This document shows positions 13,361 to 26,693 of a stretch of DNA of 64,000 bases, piece after piece. Below the pieces are notes generated by a model. It was not told the DNA's origin. It ran no database searches and saw nothing but the letters and a program-made list of their open reading frames with translations. Origin of the DNA: Bugula neritina (Eukaryota; Animalia; Bryozoa); assembly GCA_964035545.1 (NCBI GenBank), contig OZ037770.1, positions 13,754,642 to 13,818,641 on the forward strand, read 5' to 3'. The position numbers were made by a program, and so were the translations under genes. The stretch's first letter is position 1. The number at the start of each line of letters is the position of its first letter.

Positions 13361-13413
13361 TCATCTACCAGCAACTTACCGAATAGTTATCACTACGACT
13401 TGCCGAGTTCAAA

Positions 13414-14934
13414 ATGGTGTCAACTGCTACGATACAACTAATCATCGCTGCCGCAGTATTGTCAACCATGTTCTCTTCTTCCTATGCAGTACCTTTTCCC
13501 TCTGTGAGTATACCGTATTTCATAAAATTGTGTAGCAAAAATTATTGTCTAATTTTATTGCTGAAAATCTTAGCTTTATACGCTACTTTATTATGTTAGT
13601 TAGTAGAAAAATAATTTGCTGATTTATTTTGTTTTACAGAGAGTGTCATATGGATGGGGTAAAAGGTCACCCTTAGATTGTAAGCATAATTGAATTAAAC
13701 TAAACTAGTTGATAGTATACTGTTTATATATAACTCATTATGTATATATTATACACTTTAATTTGTGGTGAATTAAGTTTTTGCTAAATAATATTATAAA
13801 ACCTTAATTTATTTATTTCAAATTTTAAAGTACATTTTGCTAAACGAATCATTGTTTGAAAAATTCAATTTATTTCTATTTTTAAGCAGCAGAAAATGTG
13901 TCTCCACTCTTATCAAGAGTGTCACAAGGAGGAAAAATTGGCACAAATATGGATGCCCTGACCGCATCAGGTCAGCCATCCTGCGTGCAGATTCTAAACT
14001 TGATAAATCACCATCTAAACAAAGTCGTTGAGGTAAGACAATTCCCGCAATTGGTCTGTTTGCTCTATTGAAATTTGTAAAACTCGTAAAGCCTAAGCAC
14101 ACTCTAATAATTAGTAACTTCTAGAAAAATTAAGTTTTTTATTCTAAAATAATTGTAGTTAGTTATTACCGTATGATACGATAACAATAATGATGCATAA
14201 GTTCATTCATTTCTTCACATCTATAAGCAACTGTTTCATATTTCACTAAGCTGTGCAAGGAAACCACATGGGAGCAGTTTATGTTCTGTTGGAAATATAA
14301 ATAGCTCACTTTTTAATAGCTTGTAAAATTAAACTGTGTTAAACATGTGGAACATATACTTGAAGCATGTTGATGCTAGGCACAGTGTTTTTTAAACTGT
14401 GGCATGGTGTGGATCACTAGCATTACATAGTTTTAACATATTGTAGCATTGTGTAGCCATAACATTGCATAGCACACACTGGAATCATTAAAAAAGTCAT
14501 TTAGTAAAAAAAACACAACTCTTTAAACATTTCTTTTTCACTTGAAGCTCTGGGCAATGGAAAAATTTTATGTCAAAAAGTTGATATTGATGGCAAGATT
14601 TTTTATTACCTCCATCTCTCATATTATTTTGATATTCATCAACTACAATATTCATTTATATTACGTATTCCATATGTTGTGTTTATTTATGCATAGTGCA
14701 TACTGGCCATTGAATATATTTGTTCTAGCTTATATTTGTACCGCTATATTTATTACCGCATTCATCTATTACTTTAAAATTTAAATATTTTATATGTGCT
14801 ACATTCTGTCTTCTATATTTATTTATTCTTATTACATTTGTTATATAATGCAGTATTGTATGTTATATTTACTATTATTATATTTTTTATTTTTTCAGTA
14901 TGAGATGATGAGTGAAAATATGTGCATGAAGTAA
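13414..14934 (+). CDS. Secreted neuropeptide precursor (~103 aa), predicted peptide VPFPSRVSYGW-amide; AKH/GnRH-superfamily-like layout
   Basis: Exons 13414-13503, 13640-13679, 13887-14032, 14899-14934 give MVSTATIQLIIAAAVLSTMFSSSYA-VPFPS|RVSYGW-GKR-SPLD|SAENVSPLLSRVSQGGKIGTNMDALTASGQPSCVQILNLINHHLNKVVE|YEMMSENMCMK*. Signal peptide, single peptide, GKR amidation/cleavage site, two-Cys C-terminal peptide. Confidence 0.82.
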
Positions 14935-15283
14935 CCAATAAGAAGAAACCTTGACATTCGACCTATCTACCAGAAGAGCGAACTTTGACCTACCTAATAC
15001 ACCAAATGAGTGACTTATGTTATTAACCTTACTATGCTGAATGATCATGCAGAAATATAAATAATTATATTATGGTTTACATAACTTATATATTGTACAA
15101 GTTTGTCAAGACTCAATAAACTATTTATTTAAAATGGTTTCGAATGGTGACAATTGACAAACATTACACAAACATAAGCATACTAAGGGAAAACATAGTT
15201 TTTCACTTTATACAAGAAATCATCTTACACAGATGTATTTAGCAATGCTTCTTATAACAAAAAAGATACAGTAGAGTAAGAAT

Positions 15284-15744
15284 TATAGAAATGCAGACGT
15301 ATAGAAATGCACTTATAGAAATGCAGTTGCGTAGAAATGCAGACGTGTAGAAATGCAGACGTATAGAAATGCAGATGTATAGAAATGCAGATGTATAGAA
15401 ATGCAGACGTGTAGAAATGCAGACGTATAGAAATGCAGATGTATAGAAATGCAGATGTATAGAAATGCAGACGTGTAGAAATGCAGACGTATAGAAATGC
15501 ACTTATAGAAATGCAGTTGCGTAGAAATGCAGACGTGTAGAAATGCAGACGTATAGAAATGCAGATGTATAGAAATGCAGATGTATAGAAATGCAGACGT
15601 GTAGAAATGCAGACGTATAGAAATGCAGATGTATAGAAATGCAGATGTATAGAAATGCAGACGTGTAGAAATGCAGACGTATAGAAATGCAGATGTATAG
15701 AAATGCAGATGTATAGAAATGCAGACGTGTAGAAATGCAGACGT
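15284..15744. repeat. 16-bp minisatellite (~29 copies) in the SUPT3H 3' UTR region
   Basis: Unit tatagaaatgcaga(c/t)g; begins 10 bp downstream of the SUPT3H stop codon. Confidence 0.95.
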
Positions 15745-15754
15745 CACTCTGCTG

Positions 15755-18700
15755 TCAGAGAATCAAAAGACTTCCAGCTGACTGCTGCTGCGACTACAAA
15801 TATATTATTATGTATTGTTAGATAGGTAATATATATCATATCATATAGTGTATTATATAATATTATATAAAGCTATATATTATATAATATTACATAATAT
15901 TTTATATTATACAATGCTATACTATCCTTTGTATTATAAAATATTATAGGCTATAATACAATAACTTCACACAGTATACTTTAAAGCCCATAAACACACA
16001 ACAAACACACCAGATTTGATAAATTAAATTACCAAGTGTAGCTGCCTTTACACAGCAGACTTAGTTTAGTAACATAAGCTTCAGAGATAGACTAAGTACT
16101 TCAGGTTATCCTGAATACATATCAAGATTAGAGAGTAGACAACTCAGAGAAGTAAATTGACTACCTGGGGTTGGAATAAAGATATTCTTTCATTTCGTCT
16201 CCGTAGAGCTTCTCTAATCTCACTAGGTGTTATTGCGTGCAGCTGGGTCTAGAGAAAGTGAAACTTTGACAGTTATTATAAACATGGGAACATTAAATAC
16301 ATCAGCAATCACTAAATAAAGGAGCAGATAATATAAGCAAGTGTGAGGGAAGTGACATCATAATATTTATTATCCAATAGCATTAAGATCAAAAGTGGTT
16401 ATTGTTCATTTATGGTGGATCAATTAAAATATCATAATTATTTTCCAAAATAAATAAAGTTTTTTAAAATTTTAATAGAATTCTACCATTTTAACCTACA
16501 CACTAGCATTATTTTACTTGACAAGATTCTGAATATATTTAAATTTAGACATATTATTTTAATGCTGCAAAGCCAGTATTTGATTTACCAAATTAAACGT
16601 TATGTGATTGGCCCACTGAGAATTTATAAGCGAATAGTACGAAAGCACACAAGTAGACCACCAGCCTAGCTTACCAGAGACTCAGTTGGCTGATGAGCTG
16701 AGCTGACAGGTTTGACAGGTGCTGACACCTCATTTGACAGGTCAGCTTGTTGATTCATCCAATCAGAGTTGAGACTCCGTTGCAGAGGGTTGAGTCTGTC
16801 TATTATATCCTTAGATCTCTTCCTCTCCACCTTCAGGCTGATAGCCAAATCTACGATCTATTCATAACCAAATCTTTACCCACAGAAAACTTCACTGTTA
16901 CACAAAATAAACTTCAGTTTCTTTCAAATTTTTAAATATGCAACATTTTGGCCTCCAAAGTTTCGCTTAAAATATTTTCGGCTATTAAGGAAAGAATTTT
17001 CCCATAATTTTTAAAAGTTTCGCAGTATAAAAAAGTGACCTACACATTTTATATGAGTAATGTTGTATTTACACAAATGAGTAAAACTTGTTGGAGTTTT
17101 CTTTCCTTGCATTGAAATACAAATTTCAGCACCTATACTGGTGAACTTTTAGCGTCTAGAAAAGTTTTACTTTTTCAAAGTGACACAAATTCCCGCATTT
17201 AACGAACAAAACACAAACATACCTACATTCTACAATGAGTTAAACAGATAAAAACTTTTTACAATGCATGTGGAGATAAATCATCAAAAACATTTAGTTT
17301 GTTGAATTAAAGCAAAGTTCTTTTCTTAAAACTCAAAACTTCAAGAGTTGTATTGTTTACAACTACATCCTTAGTGTGGGCTTTCAAAAAAATGAGATTG
17401 ACCTAGTTTCAAGAGATGAGATTGACCTAGTTTCAACAGATGATATTGACCTAGTTTCAAGGTCAGCATATTAATCAATACAATTCCTTGCTCTAAAAAC
17501 AATCATTAGCTGTACTAAACTACCTCTGCAATTGTTTCGTGCATACAGTAGGCAAGAAGCTCCAAAGCAATTGGAGAGATCTTGTAATGCTTCTCGATGT
17601 CTCCAAACAGCAACTCTCGAACTTTTGCCGACTTCAGCTTCTTGCCTGGTAACAGGAAACAGAGTCAGGCCATAATATTACTGTTTACTTTACCTGCACT
17701 TGCAGCCTCTCAGACTACTTACAGCGGCACAGCATGATTCAGCTGCTTTGCACCACACAAAAGGGAGGATAACCCCCGGTGTATGTGCGAGAAAGTAGCA
17801 AACTTAACAAATCCTTATTGTACGGTAACACAATGCAACATGACATAATATATTATTGTAATATCACATACTATAATACAATATAATATAGCATAGAATA
17901 TAGCATAATGCAACATATTATATAAAACATATAACATATTATAGCATGATATAACACATAATATAATTATGCTGTTTACTAGAGTGCAATATAATAAAAC
18001 ATAATAGTGTTTACAACTCTATACATTTTTTCATGTCATAATCTAAAACTTTTGGGGAAACAAACTTTTATATGTTATAAAAACCTTGTTTCCTGTTTTA
18101 TATCCGCGAGTTGACCTTGACTTACCAAGGTTAACTTGACGCGCCTCGTGATATTTCATGTAACTGTCTTCACCCATAGTCCTAGTCATGAGGTCTTGCC
18201 TCTAAAATACCCAAAATAGCTAAAGTATAGAATATTCAGGGTTGTTAAATTTGGAGTTATCGTCTCAATAAAAACCATAACCAGAGAAGTTTCTGTTGTT
18301 TCCATCATAATAGTTGAAACTATCTCACAGTTACTGTATAGAATCGAAATGGCAAAATTTATAGACTTAAATACTAATATTCACGACGCACCACAAGACG
18401 GCGCTGGCGACCAACGTCCACCACCTCTTCTGAAACTCTCCCGACAGAACCCAGGCTAGAAAGAAAATTCTCACAGAGCTTCAGTCTTTTTCCTGAAAAA
18501 TCACCCCAGGTCATATAAGCATACTACACAGTAACACCTCAGGTCATATAAGCATACTACACAGTAACACTCCAGGTCATATAAGCATGCTACACAGTAA
18601 CACATCAGGCCATATAAACGCACCTGAGGGCTCGACTGAAGTGGTTTCCACATCTTTATTGATTGTGGATCTCAACTCTTTAGCTTTCACATGGTTTAGA

Positions 18701-20441
18701 AGTCTTTGTAACTTGGCCTATAGAAAACTCAACAAGATGTACGAAGAGAAGATAACTGACAAATTCAGTGTTGGTTAGCATATTATATATAAACCACCCA
18801 AACACAACTAATATGTGATCATATGAGGTGTAATATAGTCTATTTAACTTCCTCTAAGACATCCTAAAATATAAAACTCAACAGCTTGCATCCTGACAGA
18901 GTGAGAAAAGACTATCAGCAGACTATAATGGACTGAAATTGCCTAAAACTAGCTCTACTTCCTTTCATAAAAATTTAAACTTTTGGTGCACTAAATTGGT
19001 TGTCATCACTTCACAACCTTAATATTATGTAATAGTGAATCAGTAAAGGGGTATGATAATCAAAATATGCAATACAATCACCCAGTAAATATGTGGGTTT
19101 GGTGGCGAGTACCACAATGTTCATGACATTTCTCATTGTGAAAGTCCCTTGACCAATGAGCACGCTGAGAACTCATCATGTGACTAAATAGCATTATGTA
19201 ATCAATCATATATGAATCACCACAACCAACGTTTGAGTTCTCGGAATTTACAAAAAAAGGTGATAATTCTTGTCACCTATATTTGGAGATGACTAAAAAA
19301 GGAAAATAACTAAATACTTCAGTACGAAAATATATTCCGTTAAATATTGACAAGTGAGAATGTTTTTCTAAGTTTTGATTAGCCATGACTCATTCCGCAG
19401 CAACAAAGCAGCAAGCGGTTGATTATGAGGAAACTGACAGCGATTTAAATGAATCAAAGACAGAAATAACAAATGATGCAACTAAAGTATTTCAAGCAGC
19501 GTATTAAATGCACGCAAATAAAACTATAATTACTCATATAGACTGAGATTCAAACGCACTTTATAGACCAAGTTCTCACCTTATTATTTCTAAAGAGGAA
19601 GAGGATTTCATCCTGAGTTATGGAAGTTGTCTCCCTTAGATTGCACACATCCGCCAGGTGGCAGACCTGTTTAAAGTTATAGCATGCCCTATAGTGCACA
19701 TGCTGGCATGTGTCAGAAATAGTGTGTCACAGCTATATATTGGTAACTTAATGACAAGAGAAGATAATTCTTCAGAATCTTGAAACTTTCGACGTTTAAA
19801 ATTCGTAAGCAGCTTGTCTAAGAAGAACGGCAATGATTTTGCAACTTTTTTTCGAGAATTAAAACTTTGTAAATTTATGTTTAATTTTTAATCTCACTAA
19901 GCAGAGTTCCTCTAAAATGCCACCCCACACACACACATATAAAAACAACTCACGCAGGTTTATAGTCACTATCCCTGTGAGAAACCCTGATGGAAGGGGC
20001 TTTTGTTAACTCGGGCTAAAGACATATCCGTATGTGGAATACAGGAGAAATTATGACTGGATGCTCTTCCTAACATCACCAAAGGCCTTTGTCGGGTTCG
20101 AACTCATGACCTCGTGTTTACAACGTCAGTGCTCTAATACCAACTATTAAATCCACTATTACTAACACTTTATTATTTAATTACAAAAACATAATATGTA
20201 AATAAAGAACACCATATTATATGAATTATTGTATAATATACTATATATAGTATATAGAGTAATAGAGATAAAAATATAACATATAAACTACTAGTAACCT
20301 GGTACTACTCAAATATAACATATAAACTACTAGTAACCTGGTACTACTCAACTCACCAACTGAAATGTCTGCTGTTTTAAGATGGACACGACCAGTTCCA
20401 CGGACTCAGATACGGGACTACTTACGTCACCATAGCCGTGC
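15755..20441 (-). CDS. SUPT3H: SAGA subunit SPT3 homolog; 9 exons found, first coding exon not located
   Basis: Exons 20441-20357, 19666-19580, 18717-18624, 18492-18392, 18201-18126, 17645-17524, 16857-16675, 16248-16165, 15793-15755 are all phase-consistent. HGYGDVSSPVSESVELV, ITQDEILFLFRNNKAKLQRLL, TRTMGEDSYMKYHEARQVNL, LELLAYCMHETIAEIVDLA and AITPSEIREALRR match recalled SUPT3H motifs. Confidence 0.92.
17392..17460. repeat. 24-bp tandem repeat, 3 copies, SUPT3H intron
   Basis: Unit atgagattgacctagtttcaa(g/c)ag. Confidence 0.9.
18503..18619. repeat. 33-bp tandem repeat (~3.4 copies) filling most of a 131-bp SUPT3H intron
   Basis: Unit caggtcatataagcatactacacagtaacac(ct); intron spans 18493-18623. 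Confidence 0.9.
19947..20141 (-). mobile_element. tRNA-derived SINE, degraded copy
   Basis: Collinear with 29670-29878; minus-strand head with B box GAGTTCGAACCC followed by GGAAGAGCATCCAGTCATAA. Confidence 0.75.
20272..20349. repeat. Perfect 39-bp tandem duplication next to a SUPT3H donor
   Basis: aaatataacatataaactactagtaacctggtactactc x2, ending ~6 bp from the donor at 20356. Confidence 0.95.
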
Positions 20442-21103
20442 CTACAAGTAGACACATGCGTACCAGTCATATGCCAGTAGTCAAAGAGAATACAACTACT
20501 AATAGCATATTATGTTATGTTGGGGTATTTGCCTTTTCATTGGACATAATAGAAACACATCTAATGAGCAGTTGACTAACACCAAAAGATTAATTACTAT
20601 GTGTTTGTCAATTTCACCTATGAAAATATTTATGTAGGTAGGAATTAGTTAGAGAGGAGATAACTTTAAAAAATTATCATATATATATACTATTTTAGTA
20701 TATATATTATTTTAGTATATATGCTATATAGTATGCATGCTACATATACTACATATATAACATACATAGCATATATACTTGAATAGCATGTATAGCATAT
20801 AGTGTATATATACTATATACACTAGATATAGCATACATGCTATATGTTATATATTCTAAATAGTTTATATACTATATGTAATATATAGTATATATACTAT
20901 TTAGTATACTAGATATGTTATATATAATGTAATATATAGTATATATACTGTATATAGTATATATACTATATACAGTATGTATATAGTATATATACTATAT
21001 ACAGTATATATACACTATATATAGTATATACATTGTATAGTATATATACCGTATTATAATAGGAGACTACGCCCCTTTCCCTAGCGAACTGATATTCACA
21101 GCG

Positions 21104-21116
21104 GTTACTAAGCAAC
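21104..21116. promoter_or_regulatory. RFX X-box-like motif in a locally GC-richer patch, possible SUPT3H promoter
   Basis: GTTACTAAGCAAC, about 660 bp upstream of the first identified SUPT3H exon. Confidence 0.35.
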
Positions 21117-24100
21117 TAGACATACACAGTATAAATAGTTTATTGTGATAAATTATAATATTACTGTGACATAAAGATGATTACATCTTTTATAAGGAAC
21201 CTCATCATTTAAAATTTACATATCCATGTATCATGGCATTAGTTGAGATGACGAGAAGAAATACTATTTTTAACCTTGATTTATACAAGGTCGGTGTTGA
21301 TTTTTATCTTTCATTTTAAAAAAATAAAAGCTGCCCGCACAGCATGATATAAATTCCACCCTCTACAGATTATAACCGAAGATATCCAACTCTGGCAGAA
21401 GTGTCGTCGAAAAATCTGGTAGAGAATGGGGGGGGGAGGGGGTTGAGTTATTGTCAACTTTAGGTATAGAACTAGTAACTAGGCCATGTGATTAGATTAT
21501 TTCTGTTCTATAAATTTATTTGGAGTTAATAATGACAAATGTCTCTTCCAAAGTTGCAAGGTTTTCTACTTGAAGATGTATAAAGCGAATAATTAGTTTC
21601 AAAAATTAGCAAATTTTTATCCAATTTTTGAAAATATTGATTAATTTCTGCTATTAGTGGGTGTGATTGGAACAGTCTAAGAAAAAAATTTAACAGCTTT
21701 TGAACTATTGGCATTTTTTGGGTTGGGTGTGAGATTATACAGATGTAGTGTTGAGAACTTTATTAATGAACCGTGATAGCAACAAATGATCTTAAAGTCC
21801 TTCCTAATAGAAATTCTTATCCAAAAACAGTACTTAAAAAGTTTACTTTAATCTGAAAATTTATGTCCATTTTACACCTAATTATTACATTTATAAAATT
21901 AGAGGGAACTGCTATATAAAAATCAAAGGACATCTAAAGAATGATGCAATGAAGATAAGAGTCCTGAGAAAATACACAATCTAGTTCACTGGATACTAAT
22001 AACAGCATTTGCATTTTCCTCACCAGCCACATGTTGGTTACATCTCAAACAAGTGGAAATAGTGAGAGGTTAGCAAAAGTATTTCTTGCATATGATTATT
22101 TATGCATATAATTTTTAATTGACCTTTTTCTCAGCACCATTAAAACACCTGAGCATCTGTCTTTTATGCATGTATGTATGTTTTATAACACAATACAGGA
22201 GCAAAATTTAAAGACATAGTTTTTTTGTAAAGAAGATGGAGAAAAAAGTTTATAAACCATGTGGCAGTACTGCATGCACTGGCTCACACATGTCAAACAT
22301 TTGACAAGGGTTGTCAATTTTATTTCCACTTATCAGGTTATTTACATGTATATTAGGCTTACTCTACATACAAATTGATAAAAACCTACGAATTCTTGCT
22401 CCATTGTACTTTAGCTTATTCAGCCATTTCATTACGACTTTTGTCATAAGATGAGGTTAACATTTTGCAACTTAATTCATTTGTTGAAATAGAGAGCCCT
22501 GCCAACGGTTTTAGCAACTAGAGGGTCTTCTGCTGTCAGATTAATGTCTAGAGTACGCTTCAGCCACAGACTGATGGACCCAGCAGTAACAACCAGTCAC
22601 ACACAGTCATGAACAAGTTCTCACGGAAGAACTGGTAAAAGGAGCACCAAAAACAAAACTTTGAATACTGATCAATGAAATATGTAAAGAGTTCAGCTGA
22701 TATCAATATGGCAGCTAGACTTACCAACTGACATATTCTTTATGGTTCAAGAAACCAGAAATAAACGTAAACCAACTTAAGACTGCAAAAGCTTAAATCT
22801 AAAGTTTTCAAACACAATTTTGTTCATGATGTAAAACAAAATTTGTTACAAATTTGAACTCACACTTCCACGCACTCTTTTGAAAAAAACTACTCAAGTG
22901 CAAATTGCGCTGGTGCTGACGTAAGTTTAGTTTTTTTCTCATTATTGATTTTTCCACAACCTTATGAGACCTCATGAAATACCAACCATGTAGTATTGCA
23001 ATGGTCAGCATATATAAAAATTTTCCACAACATCACGTGAAGATGACAAATTCTACAAATATAGCAGACTTTAGGAGACAAAATGGCTAGAATTAGTCTG
23101 GAGGTATTAATGATTTCCTGATCTTCCAAATAACAAACAACAACATGAGTAACACTAATACCATCTTTTGGCTACCAAATCAGTTACCCAGAATTCTGGG
23201 TAGCAACAAATCCTATCAGGATCTGGCAGTGTTGTTTTGCCCAACAACAAATATTTCAGCTAGACTTTTTTTATGGTTTGTGGCTGTTTAACATAAACCA
23301 ACAAAATAAATTTTAGTATTTTAAATTCCAAGAGAATCCTGCCTAACATATTCCTGAAGTTTCTTTGACAAGCAGATAAACATGCTGATATATTGTATAC
23401 CAAGTTCTAACAGATAGTTTTATCATAGCTTTCCCAATTCTTTATTTAAGTGGGTAAAACCATTGTTGGTATTCAAACTCCAAACAAGGATAACTGATGA
23501 AATAACAAGCACGCCTTTGACAAAATTTATAACATTTATAGAGTAGTCTATTATCGTGGCTAAATTCTGCAAACATTATAAAAAGAATCAAAATCTCACA
23601 CAGTTCAAATCTAGCATTAAACATTTAAAAACTAAAACCCAAAAGTTGAACAATACAAGTTTTCAATTTCTTGCTCTAGAAGCTGTCCGAATGACAATGA
23701 GATTATTACATATAGCTGATGACAACACCACCCTTACATCTGCCCTCATTGCACTACCCAGATGATGGTGAGAGGATAGAAACTGCACTGAGTGGCCTCG
23801 ATGTAGCACATCTTAGTGTTTCTGACAATAGAAGGCATTTACTCTGTCACCAGCGTGGCACCAGATCACCATTTACACACCACAATCAGGAAGCCAACTG
23901 TAAGATATGTATTTAAATATTGTAATGAGCATCATATGCTAGCTTGTTATATAATCATAATTCTGCTCAATTTATCATCTGAGAAATCCAGGTGCTTATT
24001 TCATGATAAAGCTTTTTAAACTTCTTATAAAGCTGGTGAGATACAAGAGTATACTAGTAAATATTAATATAAAATAATTAAATAAGAGATTATGTTTATA

Positions 24101-26536
24101 AAATTCTTTTAGTATAGCATAATTTGCATAATAAATTTAAATTTTGACATTTGAGTACAAAGTTCAAATTATTTATAAGCTAGCTAGCAGATTGAATTTT
24201 ATTAGTTTTAGGATAATGCACAATAGTCAGTTAAATTAAAAATTGAATTAATTATTATTATAAATTAGTAATAGATTTTGAGGTGCACCATATGAGGAAA
24301 AAAGTATTAAAATTTACAAAGTTACTTGCAATCAAAATTTAGACTTATTCCCATATTTGATCGAAATAATAGGTTAACATTTAATTTTTTAGTGTCAATT
24401 TACATTAATTGTATATGACCTTCAAAGTCAGTGTCATAACTGCAGTGCGTTTGCACTGAAATATAATGAAATTTGGCTTTTAATTATTTTTGGAATGTGT
24501 AACATAAAATAAACATAATGGAGTTGTTAAATTTTAATTGACTAAAAAAGGTTGTACAGTTATTAAACCACAATTCAATGTGGAAATACTGCAAGTATCT
24601 AAATATAAAACCTGGTATAATTAGAAAACTAGACAAATTTTCTGATCTCAAAATTCTGAATTGAATATTAGAAGTTATGTAAACCTACTAAAAACAGGGT
24701 CATAGTTGAGAACTAGGGCAACAGTGATGTGTCAAAAACGGGAATGTATAGCAGACAAAGACTGAACATCAACCAGCTAAGAATAAAACCACAAGAACTC
24801 TTCCCAAAAGACAAGGGAAAGAAGTTTCAGCAGTTTGTTTAAGACTAAATGACTCACTGGTTACATAGGACCAGAAATGAGCATTTATATGCCAGCTTCC
24901 TATGTGTATAATGCAGAAAGGAGTGCGGCCATGGATGACACAATCTATTTTTAGAATTCAACTTCCTCCGTCAGGTGCATTCTCTGGGAGAAAAGAGTTC
25001 CACGTATCCACTGCACTTTTGATAGGCTTTCCAACAATCATTGTACTGTGTGTGCTTTACTGTTTGATCAAGTGATGTTTGCACTTGATGACCCTAACCA
25101 AACCATTTGGTGTCTTAAAATTTCTCTGGTGCCTTGAATCCTAGCTTCTTTGGGGATGGTGCATTATTGGTGAAGGCTAATACCAATCATTGGTTTGCAA
25201 ACAGCTCTAAAACTCTGTATAAAACCTATTTAGACAAATTATAATAAATTAACTGAAATCCGATTGATATAGAATATTAATTACTCATTCTCCGCTTATT
25301 CAATTTATTATACGAAATCACAATTGGCGAATTTTTTCAATATTTGAGAACCCATGCAACTACTGGTGTCATTATTTACGTCAAAACGATTAGACTTGGA
25401 TTTAGAAGCTGGACAATTGCAAGATAAACGTAGTTGGAGTGCAGAGTAAATGGTTTACTAGTAATTCAGATATTCCTCATGGTCAGATGGAGATGCATCT
25501 CAACAGATTGTCAGTATTTGTTGCTTTTGTTGAGATATGCTTCTAATTTGCAATATTGAACACCTCAGTTTTAGCCCACCAGTGAACAATTCCGTGTTAC
25601 TAATCTGTAAGGCACTGAACTTCTTAACACCTATATGCAACTTTTTTAATTTAGCTATAACAAGGACAAATAAAAGCTTTCAAGTTTATTATTAATAAAT
25701 ATTTATTATTATGAATTAATATGGTTGCCAAGAGCTTTCATATTTTTATTGGTTTTTCCTAAAGAATCTATGATTCAGCACCTTTTATAAAATTCAAAAA
25801 AGCAATATTACATTACATATAGCCTAGATTAGTTCAACATCCTATCCAAAGGTTTTCCTGGCTAATGTCGGACACTAAAGATATTGGGTGCTTATCTATA
25901 AATATATTGTTTATATCATGAGAAACATGTGTATTTACTGAACTACATAAAGATATATTCACCAGACAAATAAATTGAATGAAAGGGCAAAAACTGTTTT
26001 ATAAATACTCTTGCAAAAATTGATGATTACTTTTTTGCACATTTTCCTTATCCTGTAGTTCAGAATATCATTTTCAATACAAAATAGTACTAAACACTAC
26101 GCTGACCAAAAAAAGGAAGTTCAATCTTTCAAATTGAACCAATTCAACTTTGACTCTCTTTGAAAAATCACTGAGTATTGATGGTGAAACAAAAAAATCT
26201 TCTTTCAACCTACACAACAAAAATCTAGGAAGTTTTTACAAGAAGCACTAGCAAAAACAAATTGATGAATATGTTATTAAAGAAGATTTTATAATAACAA
26301 ATGTTTGTAGTTTGCACAGGCTAATTATAAATTAGATGAAGGAATTATTACGTTAGACAAATAATATAATAAAATTGTTTATTTCTATAAGAAACCACTC
26401 AAGGTTTTCATAGCAGAATAGACAAAATATGGTCAAAGCCAAGCCAGTTAATGAAGGGAAGGTAACGGAATTCTCAAACAGTTAGAGAAACTTAAACCAT
26501 AACAGCTTTGCTTCTACCACATAGGCCATAGGGTAT

Positions 26537-26693
26537 AGGTGCAGTAATGCAGAAATTGAGAAATAAAACCTCTGTTCTAGATTAAAAATGTAACTAAAGA
26601 AGCTATGTTCTCGCAATAATTTCAACCCTCACCCAAAACCAAAATTTAATACTGAAATTGAAGAAATGAGGCTATCTCAATTTCTCCACTACT
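26537..26693. mobile_element. MITE family A, copy 1 (~160 bp)
   Basis: Imperfect TIRs cagtaatgcagaaattgaga ... tctcaatttctccactact; interior alignable to 43338-43499. Confidence 0.75.

Noticed and set aside
13837-14031. ORF containing WHKYGCPD
   Set aside because: Wrong frame; splice phases support a different frame as neuropeptide exon 3.
15239-15747. Repeat ORFs (HFYTSAFL..)
   Set aside because: Minisatellite downstream of the SUPT3H stop codon.
20680-21050. Palindromic TA-rich region as a structured RNA or element
   Set aside because: Self-complementarity is expected from degenerate (TA)n low complexity.
20581-22735. Candidate SUPT3H first exons (20617-20581 EIDKHIVINLL; 21123-21071; MSV mini-exon near 22725)
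   Set aside because: Phase-compatible, but none clearly matches the expected E-I/L-x-x-MM motif; cannot choose without cDNA.
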